A stretch of DNA of 64,000 nucleotides from Capsulimonadaceae bacterium (GCA_965215505.1 OZ244065.1:3008001-3072000), one strand, 5' to 3'. Shown: positions 42,684 through 53,978, numbered from the stretch's first letter. Notes: generated by a model from the letters alone, not told the origin. Numbers and translations are program-made.

Positions 42684-43541
42684 TTAACCAAACCGCCCCG
42701 AGACATACGCTTCCGTATCTTTATCCTTCGGATTGGTGAATATCTGGTCCGTGTCGCCGAACTCCTTCAGTTCCCCGCGCAGGAAGAAGCCCGTCTTCTG
42801 GGAGACGCGGGCGGCCTGCTGCATGTTGTGGGTGACGATGATGATCGTGTACTGCTTTTTCAGGTCGTCGATGAGCTGCTCGATGCGGAAGGTGCTGTTC
42901 GGGTCCAGGGCCGAACACGGCTCGTCCATCAGGATCACTTCCGGTTCGACGGCCAGCGTCCTGGCGATGCAGAGCCGCTGCTGCTGGCCGCCGGAGAGGG
43001 CGAAGGCGGAGGCTTTCAGCTTGTCCTTGACCTCATCCCACAGGGCCGAGCCTTGCAGAGTCCGCTCGACGATGTCGTTGATCTTCTTGCGGTTGGTCAT
43101 GCCGTGGATGCGCGGGCCGTAGGCAATGTTGTCGTAGATGGACATCGGGAACGGGTTGGGCTTCTGGAAGACCATGCCGATGCGCTTCCGCAGGTCCACG
43201 ACGTCCACGGCGCGGTCGTAGATGTCCGCGCCGTCCACGGTGATCTTTCCGGTCAGCCGCGTGCCGTCAATGAGGTCGTTCATGCGGTTCAAAGTCCGCA
43301 GGAAGGTGGACTTGCCGCAGCCCGACGGCCCGATCAGGGCGGTCACCTGGCGGTCGGGGACGACGATGTTGATGCCCTTCAATGCTTTGAAGGCGCTGTA
43401 ATAGAAGTCCACGTTCTCGGCCAGGACCTTGGGCGTGGTCGGCCCGGCGGCCTGACCGCGAGCGATCTCCTGGATGGAGCCGGGGCCGGCATTGTTGCCC
43501 GCCGAGGCATAGGTCTCCATGGGGGTGTAGCTGTCGGACAT
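42684..43541 (-). CDS. pstB: Phosphate ABC transporter ATPase
   Basis: [33 protein letters not shown] end. Confidence 0.97.
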   Translation of the reverse strand: MSDSYTPMETYASAGNNAGPGSIQEIARGQAAGPTTPKVLAENVDFYYSAFKALKGINIVVPDRQVTALIGPSGCGKSTFLRTLNRMNDLIDGTRLTGKITVDGADIYDRAVDVVDLRKRIGMVFQKPNPFPMSIYDNIAYGPRIHGMTNRKKINDIVERTLQGSALWDEVKDKLKASAFALSGGQQQRLCIARTLAVEPEVILMDEPCSALDPNSTFRIEQLIDDLKKQYTIIIVTHNMQQAARVSQKTGFFLRGELKEFGDTDQIFTNPKDKDTEAYVSGRFG

Positions 43542-43546
43542 GGGCG

Positions 43547-44485
43547 TTACTTCTCCTCCTGCATGCTGCTGCGGGTGGCGAAACGGGCGGCGATGCTGAG
43601 GACCAGAATGATCGTGATCAGGACGACCGCACCGGCCCAGGCCAGGCTCTGCTGGTCGGGGTCGGCGGCCTGCGAATAGTTATAGATGCGGAGCGGCAGG
43701 GCATCAATAGGCGCGTTCAGGGTGGGCAGGGTGACGCCGGCGACTTTGTGGGTGGTGAAGAACTCGTTGCCCATGATGGTGAACAGCAGCGGAGCGGTTT
43801 CGCCGGCGATGCGGGCCAGGGCCAGCATGACGCCCGTGATGACGCCGCCCCGCGCGGCGGGCAGGACGACGCTCCACATGGTCCGCCACCGCGTCGCGCC
43901 CAGGCCCAGGGAGGCCTCGCGGAGCGAGAACGGGACCAGCCGCAGGATCTCTTCGGTGGTCCGCATGACGGTCGGCACCATCAGGATGCCCAGGGCGAAG
44001 CCGCCCGCGTAGGCCGAGAAGCCCGTACCCGGGTGCCGGGCGGCGACCGGCGCAACCACGGCGGCGTAGGCGAAGATGCCGATGACGATGGACGGGATGC
44101 CGTTCAGGACGTCGGTGAAGAACCGGACCGTGGAGGCGAAGCGGCCCTTGGCCTCAAGCTGGTAGATGCCGCCCAATATGCCCAGCGGCAGGCCGATGGT
44201 GGAGGCCGTCCCGAGCAGGACCAGGGTCCCGAAGATGGACTGCGACATGCCGCCCTGCTTGACGTTGACGTTGTCGGGGAGGCGGGTGAACAGCGTGAGG
44301 TGCAGGGAGCTGAAGCCCTTGGAGAGCAGCAGGAACAGCACCAAGCCCAGCACGAGGATCGCCAGGCCAGCCGCCAGAGAACACAAGGTCAGCATCAGCC
44401 CGTTGACGAACTTGCGCCGCCCGACCGCCCCGCTCGAGCGGCGCGCGGGGGTCTGCGGTGCGTTCTGCGGGTAGGCCACGCTCAT
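43547..44485 (-). CDS. pstA: Phosphate ABC permease
   Basis: [23 protein letters not shown]. Confidence 0.95.
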   Translation of the reverse strand: MSVAYPQNAPQTPARRSSGAVGRRKFVNGLMLTLCSLAAGLAILVLGLVLFLLLSKGFSSLHLTLFTRLPDNVNVKQGGMSQSIFGTLVLLGTASTIGLPLGILGGIYQLEAKGRFASTVRFFTDVLNGIPSIVIGIFAYAAVVAPVAARHPGTGFSAYAGGFALGILMVPTVMRTTEEILRLVPFSLREASLGLGATRWRTMWSVVLPAARGGVITGVMLALARIAGETAPLLFTIMGNEFFTTHKVAGVTLPTLNAPIDALPLRIYNYSQAADPDQQSLAWAGAVVLITIILVLSIAARFATRSSMQEEK

Positions 44486-44487
44486 GG

Positions 44488-45543
44488 CTATTTCCCCCCC
44501 TGCACGTCTTTGGCCGTGTAGAAGACCAGGAGCCGCGCGCAGGCGTTCACGGCGACCGTGACGCAGAATAGGACCAGGCCGATCTCCACCAAGGCGGACT
44601 GGTTCAGGCTACCCGGCGAGGACTCCTGGAACTTGTTCGCCAGGACGCTGGACATGGTGTAGCCCGAGTCGAACAGCGAGAACGAGATCCCGGACTTCGT
44701 GTTCGGCGACTGGTTGCCGATCAGCATGGTCACCGCCATCGTCTCGCCCAGGGCGCGGCCCAGGCCCAGGATGACCGCGCCGATGATGCCGGATTTTGCG
44801 TAGGGGATGACCACCTGGGAGATCGTCTCCCACTGCGTCGCGCCCAGGGCATACGAGCCTTCGCGCTGCGACCGGGGGATGGCCCGCAGGATGTCGCGCG
44901 TGACGGCGGTGATGAACGGCGTCACCATGATCGCGAGGATCATGCCCGCCGCGAGCATCGAGTAGCCCGCCGCCTGGCCCCCGAACAGTCCGCCGATGAC
45001 CGGCAGGTGCGGCAGGCGGGAGCCGAGGACGGGCTTGAAGATGAAGGCTTTCAGGAACGGGATCAGGACGAAGATGCCCCACAGGCCGTAGACCACGCTG
45101 GGGATGGCTGCCAGAAGCTCAATCAGGAAGGTGGCGGGTGTCCGTATCCAGCGCGGGGCAAGTTCGGACAGGAAGATGGCCGCGCCGACGCTGACCGGGA
45201 CGGCCAGGACGAGCGCGATGAAGGACGAGTACAGGGTGCCCTGGATGAAGGGCAAGGCGTGGTAGCTGTCCGTCGCCTCGTTCCATTCCGTCTTGGCGAT
45301 AAACGACAGGCCGGTGTGGTGGATGGACAGCAGGCTCGCCCCCGTGAGCTGCCAGAGCAGCCAGAGGATGATGACGAAGATGCTGAGGGAGGCCAGGAAC
45401 GTGACGGCCGAGTAAATGCTGTCGCCGACCCGCGCCCCGGTCATCAGGGGCCGGGTCGGGCGCGGCGTGGCGGCCGAAGGTGCCCGCGCCGCTGCGGGCG
45501 GCGGGGCGCTGCTGAGGGGGACGCTCGGTGCGCGGTCAGCCAT
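44488..45543 (-). CDS. pstC: Phosphate ABC permease
   Basis: AIPSVVYGLWG, GRALGETMAV; start trimmed to ATG 45543. Confidence 0.95.
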   Translation of the reverse strand: MADRAPSVPLSSAPPPAAARAPSAATPRPTRPLMTGARVGDSIYSAVTFLASLSIFVIILWLLWQLTGASLLSIHHTGLSFIAKTEWNEATDSYHALPFIQGTLYSSFIALVLAVPVSVGAAIFLSELAPRWIRTPATFLIELLAAIPSVVYGLWGIFVLIPFLKAFIFKPVLGSRLPHLPVIGGLFGGQAAGYSMLAAGMILAIMVTPFITAVTRDILRAIPRSQREGSYALGATQWETISQVVIPYAKSGIIGAVILGLGRALGETMAVTMLIGNQSPNTKSGISFSLFDSGYTMSSVLANKFQESSPGSLNQSALVEIGLVLFCVTVAVNACARLLVFYTAKDVQGGK

Positions 45544-45656
45544 GAATGTCATTCTCCAGAAACGGGCGTGGGACGGGACAACCGAACGCATAACGGTCCG
45601 CGTGGGGGCGGGGTTCCCCGACCCCATCCTTTGTTGCCCCATCCCTTCTACCCGCC

Positions 45657-46676
45657 TCAGCGGATGGTCGCGACGGCGGCCAGGGCGCGCTGCCGGACGC
45701 CGGGAGGCAGGGGCGCGTAGTACTTCGGGCCGGCGTCCTTCTGGCCCGTCGTCAGCATCCACTGGAGCATCTTCTTGACTTCCGGCTTGGTGCCGTTCCG
45801 GTAGACCAGCAGGTAGGTGAAGCCGGTGATTGGGTAGCCGTTCGCCGCGCCCGTGTTGACCGCGACCTTGCGGAAGTCGGCGGGCAGCGGCACGGCGTCC
45901 ACCGCCGCCGTCGTCGTCTCGACCGTGGGGTAGACGAATTTGCCCTTGGCGTTGCGGACCGGGCCGTAGAAGATGTTGTTCGCGACGGCGTAGTTCAGCT
46001 CGATGTACCCGATGCCGCCCTCCTGGGACTTGATGTAGGCGGCGACGCCCTGGTTGCCCTTGCCGCCCAGGCCGTTCGGCCAGCTCACCGACTTGCCCGC
46101 CCCGACCCGGCTCGCCCAGTCGGGGCTGGTTTCGGAGAGGAAGGTGGTGAAGATGTTGGTCGTGCCCGACCCGTCGGAGCGATGCACCGGGGCGATGGCG
46201 ATGTTGGGCAGGTTGGTCCCGCGGTTGATCCGGGCGATGGCCGGGTCGTTCCACCGGGTGATCTTGCCCAGGAAGATGTCGGCAATCACCTCGGGCGTGA
46301 GGCTGAGGCCGGACTGGATGCCGGGGATGTTGTAGGCGACCACGACCGCGCCCGCGACCGTCGGGATGTGCAGGATGCCCGGCGCGGCGGCAAGCTCGGC
46401 GGCGTTCATGGGGGCGTCCGAAGCCCCGAAGTCCACGGCGTGGGCGGTGATGTTCTTGATGCCGCCGCCGGACCCGATGGCCTGGTAGTTGACGGCGGGG
46501 CCGCCTTCGGCATGGTATTCCTGGAACCACTGCTGGTACAGCGGGTTGGGGAAGGTCGCGCCCGCGCCGTTGATCTGCGCCTGGGCCGCCGCGCCGCCCA
46601 GGACGGCGAGGCCCAGGGCGACTGCGACGGCGCCCCGGAGCGTTCTGGTGAATGTCCTCGTGACTGATTTAAGCAT
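45657..46676 (-). CDS. pstS: Phosphate-binding protein
   Basis: GAGATFP, GSGGG, DFGASD, RSDGSGTT. Confidence 0.97.
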   Translation of the reverse strand: MLKSVTRTFTRTLRGAVAVALGLAVLGGAAAQAQINGAGATFPNPLYQQWFQEYHAEGGPAVNYQAIGSGGGIKNITAHAVDFGASDAPMNAAELAAAPGILHIPTVAGAVVVAYNIPGIQSGLSLTPEVIADIFLGKITRWNDPAIARINRGTNLPNIAIAPVHRSDGSGTTNIFTTFLSETSPDWASRVGAGKSVSWPNGLGGKGNQGVAAYIKSQEGGIGYIELNYAVANNIFYGPVRNAKGKFVYPTVETTTAAVDAVPLPADFRKVAVNTGAANGYPITGFTYLLVYRNGTKPEVKKMLQWMLTTGQKDAGPKYYAPLPPGVRQRALAAVATIR

Positions 46677-46809
46677 CGTGATGACTCTCTCCTGCATCGG
46701 TCTTTCCGAATTGATCTCTTGGGCGAACAGGCCGTACACCGGCGGCTCCGCCGTGCCGGGCCTGATGACGTAGGGTTTCGCCTTTTCGGGGGGAGTTTAC
46801 CCCCTCTAT

Positions 46810-46826
46810 GTTAAGAGAATGTTAAG
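46810..46826 (-). promoter_or_regulatory. Pho box (CTTAAC-N5-CTTAAC)
   Basis: 11-bp period, 10 nt upstream of a TAAACT -10 facing pstS. Confidence 0.8.
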
Positions 46827-46934
46827 AAGGGATTGTGGGCCGAGAAAATGAATCAGGGGGATGCCCCAGCACAACATGGCGACAGACAGCACTACACAGA
46901 CAACACTACATAGAACCACAAAGGATTGCGTACC

Positions 46935-47555
46935 ATGCGACTACTCCCACGCGAGGAGCGTTTCTTCGACCTGTTCGACAAGATCGCCGAGAAGGTGGTC
47001 GTGGCCGCCGAGGTCTTGGAAGACACACTTCAAGATTACGGGCATCTGGCCGAGGCGATCACCCGGCTGCGCGCCCTGGAACACGAGGCCGACCAGCTCG
47101 TCCACGAGGCCATGGACCGGCTCAACAAGACCTTCGTCACGCCCCTGGACCGGGAGGACATCCTGGCCCTGACGCACGTCCTGGACGACGTGCTGGATTA
47201 CACGCAGTCGGCGGCGGACTGCATGAGTCTTTACGGCATCCCAGCCCCCATCCCGCACAGCCTGGAGATGGCGGCGACTCTGGTTTCCGCCGCCCAGCAG
47301 ATCCGCCAGGGCGTCACCGGCCTGCGGAACTTCGGGGACATCCGGGGCATCCTGGACCCGTGCGTCCGGATCAACTCGCTGGAGAACCAGGGGGACGCCA
47401 CCAACCGCCAGGCCCTGCGCGCGCTGTTCGGCGGCGGGCAGGACGCCGTGACGATCCTCAAGTGGCGCGAGGTCTACGAACACCTGGAAACCGCGCTCGA
47501 CCGCTGCGAGGATGTCGCCGACGTGCTGCAAACCATCGCCGTCAAGAACAGCTAG
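46935..47555 (+). CDS. DUF47 (PhoU-like) phosphate transport regulator
   Basis: EHEAD, FVTPLDREDI, DRCEDVAD. Confidence 0.93.
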   Translation: MRLLPREERFFDLFDKIAEKVVVAAEVLEDTLQDYGHLAEAITRLRALEHEADQLVHEAMDRLNKTFVTPLDREDILALTHVLDDVLDYTQSAADCMSLYGIPAPIPHSLEMAATLVSAAQQIRQGVTGLRNFGDIRGILDPCVRINSLENQGDATNRQALRALFGGGQDAVTILKWREVYEHLETALDRCEDVADVLQTIAVKNS

Positions 47556-47598
47556 CGCGACCCCGTTTAGCCAGGAGCAGCCCGCAAAGGACCCCCAC

Positions 47599-48591
47599 TT
47601 GGACCACACGTTTCTCTGGATCGGGATCATCGTCGTCCTGGCCCTGACCTTCGACTTTTCAAATGGCGTCCACGACGCCGCCAATGCCATCGCCACCACG
47701 GTCACGACGCGCGCCCTGTCTATGGGCAAGGCTGTGGCGATGGCCGCCGTCCTCAACATGATCGGGGCAGTGGTCAGCACAGCGGTCGCCAAATTCATCG
47801 GCAAGGGGCTGGTGGACGCGCATGTCGTGACGCTGCCCATCGTAGCCGCCGCTCTAATTGGGGCGATTAGCTGGAACCTGCTGACCTGGTACTACGGCCT
47901 GCCGTCGTCGTCGTCGCACGCCCTGATCGGCGGGCTGGTGGGGGCGGCCCTGTTCGCCTTCGGGCCGGGTTCCGTCCATGTGGACGGGCTGACCAAGACC
48001 GTCATCGCCCTGGTGACCTCGCCGCTGGCGGGGTTCGGGGCGGCCTTCCTGCTGATGCGCGGCCTGCTGCGGGTCGTCCGCGACCGGCCTTACACGCCGA
48101 CCATGCGCGGGTTCCGCAGGCTCCAGGTCGTGTCCGCCGCCTTCATGGCCTTCTCGCACGGCTCCAACGACGCCCAGAAGACGATGGGGGTGGTGACGCT
48201 CGCCCTGATCAGCGGCCACCTGCTGCCGGGGACGGCGGCCGTGCCGCTGTGGGTGATCCTCTCCTCCGCCGCCGCCATGGCCCTGGGCACGGCGGTCGGA
48301 GGGTGGCGGATCATCAAGACGATGGGCAGCAAGTTGGTGGACCTGACGCCCGCCCACGGGTTCGCGGCGGAGACGGCGGCAGCGGGCGTGATCCTGATCG
48401 CCACGCACCTGGGCCTGCCGATCTCCACCACCCACGTCATCGCCTCCTCGATCCTGGGGGTGGGCGCGACCCGCCGAGCCAACAGCGTGCGCTGGGGGAC
48501 GGCGACAAACATTCTGCTGGCCTGGGTGCTGACCATCCCCGGCGCGGGCCTGGTGGCCGGGCTGATCGCGCTTGCGGTGCGGCACTTGTGA
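47599..48591 (+). CDS. Inorganic phosphate transporter (PiT)
   Basis: NGVHDAANA, PSSSSHA, HGSNDAQK, PISTTH. Confidence 0.93.
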   Translation: MDHTFLWIGIIVVLALTFDFSNGVHDAANAIATTVTTRALSMGKAVAMAAVLNMIGAVVSTAVAKFIGKGLVDAHVVTLPIVAAALIGAISWNLLTWYYGLPSSSSHALIGGLVGAALFAFGPGSVHVDGLTKTVIALVTSPLAGFGAAFLLMRGLLRVVRDRPYTPTMRGFRRLQVVSAAFMAFSHGSNDAQKTMGVVTLALISGHLLPGTAAVPLWVILSSAAAMALGTAVGGWRIIKTMGSKLVDLTPAHGFAAETAAAGVILIATHLGLPISTTHVIASSILGVGATRRANSVRWGTATNILLAWVLTIPGAGLVAGLIALAVRHL

Positions 48592-48668
48592 GGCGGGATT
48601 GGAAGACAGAGGATTGTAGGGGCGCGATGAATCGCGCCCCTACAATCCTCTGTCTTCCCCAGACCCGC

Positions 48669-50054
48669 TCACCCCGCGCTGATCTGGGCGGCTTCCTTAC
48701 CGCCCTGGCCCACGGCGGGCAGGGCGGCGGGGCGGGCGGCGGGCTGGACATAGATCGGGTTGCTGAAGATCCAGGGCTTGGCCCCCAGGCACAGGCTGCC
48801 CAGGCGGTGCTTGTAGAGGAAGACCTCGGCGCGGTAGACGCCGGGCGCGCGGACGGCGTATTCCAGACGCCCGCCACGCGCGGCGGCGACCAGGCGGCCG
48901 TCTTTGTACAGGCGGACCAGGGACCGGGTGCGCGGGGCCTGCGCGATGAGGACGAACGGGGAGCGGCCCGCCCCGGCCTCGGCGGGGAAAGTCAGGGCGT
49001 CGCCCATCAGGGCCAGCGGCGGGCGGGCGGGTGCGTTCTGGGCCGGCAGGGCCGGGGGCGGCCCGGCTTCAAAGATGAACCCGGTCGGGTCGGCGTAGTT
49101 GTCGTAGGCCATGTAACAGTGGCCGGCCGCCAAAGCCCCATGCACCAGGGCGTCATCCTTCTCCCGCGCCGCCTTGCCCCGGCCGGCAGGCGGCTCGCCG
49201 TAGGAGAGCGGCAGGGACGTCACCAGGTGGGTCCGCAGGGTGCGGAACGTCTCCTCGTAGGTGGGGAACGGGTAGGAGCGGCGGGCGAACTTCATCACCG
49301 CGTGGGCGTCCAGCGAGGCGATGCCGACGACGCGGCGGGCGGGCAGGCCCGGCGCGGGCGGGGCGGTCAGGCGGTCCCACAGGCGAAGCTCGGGGGCGGG
49401 GCGGGCGGAAACCAGGTGGAAGGCGCGCTGGGGGCTGCGGGAATGGTAGCGCCGCCAGACTTCGGCCAGGGCGGGCAGGTTGATCTTGGTGCGGGCGATG
49501 GCGCTGAGGTTGAAGACCTCCAGGCCCGTCCCCTCCTCCAGCCGCCCGAAGTCGCGCCAGTGGTCTTTCAGATCGCAGGGCAGGGCGACGAACCCCAGCC
49601 CGCCCGACGACGCGATGGCCTGCTGGGCGGCGACCGCCTCGTGCGGGGCGGGCAGGAAATCCTGGGGGACGTCCAGAGCGAGCAGGTGGCCGGTGTCGGT
49701 CGTCACCTCGGTGCCGATCAGGATCAGGGTCCGCCCGCGCCACCCATCCTGACCATCCGCCCGCGCCTGGAGGCTGGAATGGTCGCACAGAACCAGGAAG
49801 TCCAGTCCGGCCTCGTTCGCGGCCTGGGCGATCTCCTCCACCGTCCCCGCGCCGTCGCTGTAGGTGGAGTGGATGTGCATCGCCCCGGCGTAGTCGTAGA
49901 AACGCGGCAGCCCCAGGGACTGCCCGCCGCGCCCCGGCGGGGCGGGACGCGGGGTCGGCGGGGGCGCATATTGGATGCGCTCGCGCAGGGTGGCGAACAG
50001 GCCCTCGCAGGTGAGGATCGAAAGATAGAGCCGCACGCGCGACCACTTCAACAC
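48669..50054 (-). CDS. PHP-domain (CehA/McbA-like) metallohydrolase
   Basis: HIHSTYSDG, DH, GTE, SLDAH, FSNPI. Confidence 0.85.
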   Translation of the reverse strand: MLKWSRVRLYLSILTCEGLFATLRERIQYAPPPTPRPAPPGRGGQSLGLPRFYDYAGAMHIHSTYSDGAGTVEEIAQAANEAGLDFLVLCDHSSLQARADGQDGWRGRTLILIGTEVTTDTGHLLALDVPQDFLPAPHEAVAAQQAIASSGGLGFVALPCDLKDHWRDFGRLEEGTGLEVFNLSAIARTKINLPALAEVWRRYHSRSPQRAFHLVSARPAPELRLWDRLTAPPAPGLPARRVVGIASLDAHAVMKFARRSYPFPTYEETFRTLRTHLVTSLPLSYGEPPAGRGKAAREKDDALVHGALAAGHCYMAYDNYADPTGFIFEAGPPPALPAQNAPARPPLALMGDALTFPAEAGAGRSPFVLIAQAPRTRSLVRLYKDGRLVAAARGGRLEYAVRAPGVYRAEVFLYKHRLGSLCLGAKPWIFSNPIYVQPAARPAALPAVGQGGKEAAQISAG

Positions 50055-50208
50055 GGCAGATTCTCCAGGCTAATCAGTGCAAACCAGTGAGCGCAAACGG
50101 TCACGCAGGCGACGGGGCATCGCCCCGCGACACGTTCACAACACGGCGGCGCGGGGGCGGGTTCCCCTGCCCTCCGCCCGGTCGTTTGCACTCATTGTAG
50201 CACGGATT

Positions 50209-51423
50209 TCATGGATTCGCCACTGTTTTCGGCGCGGCGGGTGATACGGTGATTTCCGTGGTCCGGTGCGGCTTCAGCGCGGCCTCGACGACCACCTCCA
50301 CGCCGCCCTTCCCGTCGGGCGTCTGCGAGACGATGCTCGCCTGGCCCGGCTTCGACTTGTTCTTGTAGGCGACCCCCGCCGTCACCGCCAGCGCCTGTCC
50401 GGCGGGCGGGGCGGCGACGCGCAGGGCGATGTGCCGGACCAGGATGTCTTCGTTGTTGGTGTTGGCGACCCACACGCGGTTCGACGGGCCGTGCGCGGCC
50501 TCGCCATCGGGGTAGTCCACTTCCAGGTGCCAGGGCTGCTCGATCTGCGTGGTGATCTTCGCGCCGTCTACTGCCACCGAAACCCAGTGCAGGTAGCCGC
50601 CGTTCTCCGGGGAGGCGTCCAGCGGGGCACCCGCGCCGCCCGAGATGAAGTAGTCTATGCCGTCTTTGGCCTGATGCCAGTAGATGTGGTTGTGGCTGCA
50701 AAAGACGGCCCGGACGCCGCCCTTGACGAACGCGGCGTGGAGGCGGTCGCGGGCCTCAATGCTGACGAACCCGGTCGCGAGGTCGGGGACGTCCGGGTCG
50801 GGCGGCCCGAAGACGTAGTGATGCATGAAGACGAAGATGTTCTTCGCTCCCTGGTTCGCCGCCAGGTCGCTCTGGAGCCACTTCATCTGTTCGTCGTCAA
50901 TGGTCCCGCCCTTGACCGTGCCGTCCGCGCCCACCGGCGTCGTGTCCAGGGCGATGAAGTGGGAGTGGCCATAGTCGAAGGACCCGTAGAGGCTCCCCAG
51001 GCGCTTCCGGTAGACGGGCAGCAGGGCGGCGTCTAGGCTGTACTCGTGGTTGCCGGGTGCGTTGAAGACCGGCCCGCCGGTCAGGGCGGCCCCGGCGAGA
51101 AAGGTGTCGTACTCGGCATTGGCCTCGGCGACGGTGTCGCCGTAGCCCTCGATCACGTCGCCGGTCCAGAAGGTGAAGTCGGGGCGCACCCAGCCGATCT
51201 CCCGGCAGACCTCGGCGAAGGCGGGCGGCATCGGGTAGCCGTGCCCGGTCGAGCGGTTGTCGCCCGCCACGATGAACGTGAAGTGGTCCGGGTCTGCGGG
51301 CGCGGCCAGGGCCCTCGCCCCCGCCGTCGGGATCGGCGCGAACGGCTTGGTGGTGGAGGCGGACGCGGACGTGCCCAGGAGGGCGCAGGCGAGAACGGCG
51401 AGCGGAAGGGTTCGTTTGGTCAT
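50209..51423 (-). CDS. Secreted calcineurin-like metallophosphoesterase
   Basis: Signal peptide; GDNR, TGD, PGNHE, MHH, SHNH. Confidence 0.9.
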   Translation of the reverse strand: MTKRTLPLAVLACALLGTSASASTTKPFAPIPTAGARALAAPADPDHFTFIVAGDNRSTGHGYPMPPAFAEVCREIGWVRPDFTFWTGDVIEGYGDTVAEANAEYDTFLAGAALTGGPVFNAPGNHEYSLDAALLPVYRKRLGSLYGSFDYGHSHFIALDTTPVGADGTVKGGTIDDEQMKWLQSDLAANQGAKNIFVFMHHYVFGPPDPDVPDLATGFVSIEARDRLHAAFVKGGVRAVFCSHNHIYWHQAKDGIDYFISGGAGAPLDASPENGGYLHWVSVAVDGAKITTQIEQPWHLEVDYPDGEAAHGPSNRVWVANTNNEDILVRHIALRVAAPPAGQALAVTAGVAYKNKSKPGQASIVSQTPDGKGGVEVVVEAALKPHRTTEITVSPAAPKTVANP

Positions 51424-51497
51424 GGGTGTTCCTGAATCAAAGGAAAAGCCCCAGGCAAAGGCTGCCGGGGGCTGGAGCTGTCTTTACGGGGGATGGG

Positions 51498-52373
51498 TCA
51501 GTCCGCGCCGCGCTGCAAGCCGGAGTTGTTGCAGGTGCCCGCCTGGTCCCAGGCCCAGTCCACGCCGTCGCAGCCCGACGTGTAGACGCTGTAGCGGGTG
51601 ACGAACTTCACATGGCCGTCCTGGTAAGCGATGGTCGTGCCCAGCGGGTGGAACGGCACCTTGCCCGCCGCCAGCGGCTTGTCGCTGAAGGCTTTGGGGA
51701 AGTCCGCATAGACGCGCGTCTCGGTGGGCCGCGCGAAGCTGCCCAGCAGCACCGTCGCCAGGCCCTGCGAGGCCTTGTTGCCGTTGCTGAACGAGGTGCC
51801 GGAGACAGGCTCGCCGTTCGCGGTGTATTCCACGTCCTTGCCGCCGGTCGTGCCGGGGATGGAGTAGCCCACCGTCATCGCACCCACGCTGCCGGCCGGG
51901 TAGGGATTGGAGAAGTTCTGGTGGGTGAACTTGTAGGACGTGCCGATGATGTCGGCGTAGGTATGCCCGCCCTCCTGCGCCCAGGTCAGCCCGTTCGTCG
52001 GGCCGTCGCCGTTCGCCTGCATGCCGCCGCTGTCGTCGGGGCAGTGGAACACCTCGGTACTCTTGATGAAGGGCATGATCTCGGCGGGGATGCCGGCCTG
52101 CGGCACGTTCAGCATCTGCGAGGCGACCGGCCCGACCGAGTTGTTGACGGCGTAGGAGATCGGCATCGCCTCATCGGTGTCCTGGGCGTACATCAGGATG
52201 CCCAGGGTGAACTGCTTGGCGTTGGACTGGCAGGAGGCGCGGCGGGCGTTCTCGCGGACCTTCTGGAAGACCGGGAACAGGATGGCGGCGAGAATCGCGA
52301 TGATGGCGATGACGACGAGCAGCTCAATGAGCGTGAAGCCGGCTTTGGTGCCACGCTTTCGGGAACAGGACAT
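51498..52373 (-). CDS. DUF1559 prepilin-type protein
   Basis: [23 protein letters not shown]. Confidence 0.93.
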   Translation of the reverse strand: MSCSRKRGTKAGFTLIELLVVIAIIAILAAILFPVFQKVRENARRASCQSNAKQFTLGILMYAQDTDEAMPISYAVNNSVGPVASQMLNVPQAGIPAEIMPFIKSTEVFHCPDDSGGMQANGDGPTNGLTWAQEGGHTYADIIGTSYKFTHQNFSNPYPAGSVGAMTVGYSIPGTTGGKDVEYTANGEPVSGTSFSNGNKASQGLATVLLGSFARPTETRVYADFPKAFSDKPLAAGKVPFHPLGTTIAYQDGHVKFVTRYSVYTSGCDGVDWAWDQAGTCNNSGLQRGAD

Positions 52374-52461
52374 GGTGATCTCCTTAAAGAGTCGGTGAAG
52401 GATCAGTACGCTTTTTATATAAAAGACGCCTAGAGTCTACACCGTAAACGCCCCCGAATAT

Positions 52462-52500
52462 GTTAAGGGAAGATTAAGGTTGTGTTAAGTTTATGTTAAG
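52462..52500 (-). promoter_or_regulatory. Four tandem Pho-type boxes
   Basis: CTTAA(C/T) x4 at an exact 11-bp period. Confidence 0.8.
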
Positions 52501-52548
52501 GGGGTTGCGTCCCAGGGGTGGGGATTGAAGGCGAATGAGGACGAGTGA

Positions 52549-52684
52549 GGACAAGTGATTAAAAATCACTCGCTACGCGCGGACCTGTCCAGGGGACAGA
52601 AGAAGGATGGGAAGTTCTCTCCCCGTCCCTCCCCTTGTCCCCTGGACAAATCTTATGACAGCGAGTGATTTTAATCACTCGTCC
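52549..52684. repeat. REP/REPIN family A, copy 4
   Basis: Same terminal double hairpins. Confidence 0.85.
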
Positions 52685-52829
52685 GACCGTCCTCACTCGT
52701 CCGACCGTCCTCACTCGTCCGACCGTCCTCACTCGTCCGACGTCCGACCGTCCTCACTCGTCCGACCGTCCTCACTCGTCCGACCGTCCTCACTCGTCCG
52801 ACCGTCCTCACTCGTCCGACCGTCCTCAC
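52676..52829. repeat. 18-bp tandem repeat, about x8 (CACTCGTCCGACCGTCCT)
   Basis: Direct reading; one unit carries a 7-bp duplication. Confidence 0.95.
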
Positions 52830-52835
52830 GTTCTC

Positions 52836-53798
52836 TCACGGGAACGTGATCGAGCAGCACTGCGGGTTCCACAGGTCTTTGTCGCCCGTGCCTTGGCCAT
52901 GCTGATAGGTGTAATAGTCCACCGCGCTCGGCTTCCCTTTGGGCTGCCCTTCGACGTAAGCCGCCGTGGCCGCCGTGTAGGTCTGGGAGGGCCGCATGGA
53001 CTTCACATGGCCGTCCAGGAACAGGAAGTTGGACTGTCCGTGGTGGAAGTCGGCGGGCTGCAAGCAGGGGATCATGCCGTAGTCGTCGTGGGCATAGGAG
53101 AGGCAGGGCGGGCTGTTGCCGAAGCCCTGGTAGAAGGGCGTCCCGTAGCGGTTGACGCTGCCGTCGTACTGCTGCCCGGCCGCGGCCTCCTGGGCCGCCT
53201 CGAACAGCAGGATGCAGTTGGAAGGCTCCAGCGCCTGGTCCGGATTGAAGGGCGTGTACAGGCCAGTGTTGGGGTCGTCAGCGGCCTTCTTCTGCCCGCC
53301 GAGGGCGACGGTGGGGTTGAACAGACCGCCCCAGGTCGGCTGGAGGTACTGGTTCATCACATAATTCTGTCCCGGCGGGCTGGAGTAGCCCGCCAAATTC
53401 CCGGAGTGGCTGACGCCGTCCGGGCAGCCGAAGACGTTGGTCGTGCCGCCGTTGCCGCGCTGCTTGACGTAGGGGAAGATGCCCCCGGCGTCCGAGTAGG
53501 GGACGTTGGGCGGGCCGGGGAATCCGGTCACCCAGGTCGGCGGGATGACGCTGGGATTGGGCGAGCCGTAGTTGGTGATCGGCGCAGGATAGAACCCGTC
53601 GTAGTCCGTGCCGTACAGGGCGAAGGCCAGCCCGAGCTGCTTGAGGTTGGACGCACACATTGTCTTGCGGGCGTTCTCGCGGACGGACTGGAAGACGGGG
53701 AAGAGGATGGCGGCGAGAATCGCGATGATGGCGATGACGACGAGCAGTTCGATCAGGGTAAAGGCGCGGGCGGGACCCGATTTCCGGCGGCAGTGCAT
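52836..53798 (-). CDS. DUF1559 prepilin-type protein
   Basis: [23 protein letters not shown]. Confidence 0.93.
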   Translation of the reverse strand: MHCRRKSGPARAFTLIELLVVIAIIAILAAILFPVFQSVRENARKTMCASNLKQLGLAFALYGTDYDGFYPAPITNYGSPNPSVIPPTWVTGFPGPPNVPYSDAGGIFPYVKQRGNGGTTNVFGCPDGVSHSGNLAGYSSPPGQNYVMNQYLQPTWGGLFNPTVALGGQKKAADDPNTGLYTPFNPDQALEPSNCILLFEAAQEAAAGQQYDGSVNRYGTPFYQGFGNSPPCLSYAHDDYGMIPCLQPADFHHGQSNFLFLDGHVKSMRPSQTYTAATAAYVEGQPKGKPSAVDYYTYQHGQGTGDKDLWNPQCCSITFP

Positions 53799-53879
53799 GG
53801 CGTGACTCCTTCGTGAGAGGCTTTTATATAAAAGCATATAGAAGCGCCTTTATTTTACTGCCTGCGGGCCGGGGATCAG

Positions 53880-53918
53880 GTTAAGGGAAGATTAAGGTTG
53901 CGTTAAGTTTGTGTTAAG
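53880..53918 (-). promoter_or_regulatory. Four tandem Pho-type boxes
   Basis: 37/39 identical to 52462-52500. Confidence 0.8.
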
Positions 53919-53978
53919 CGGTTGGGAGGGGGCAGAGGGAGTAGCCACGGCGCGCATGGACCCGGCACAGGCGTTGGA

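Noticed and set aside
44488-46530. 680-aa PstC fusion in the ORF track, and other long antisense/overlapping ORFs
   Set aside because: Shadow ORFs of GC-rich coding DNA; the real pstC starts at 45543
46690-46795. c-di-GMP-I-like riboswitch in the pstS leader
   Set aside because: Only fragmentary resemblance (GGCGAAACC...GAGCC); no GNRA-capped P2. An Rfam scan would be needed
52676-52829. CRISPR array
   Set aside because: Units are contiguous with no unique spacers, and there are no cas genes; the same applies to 25582-25679 and 28698-28765
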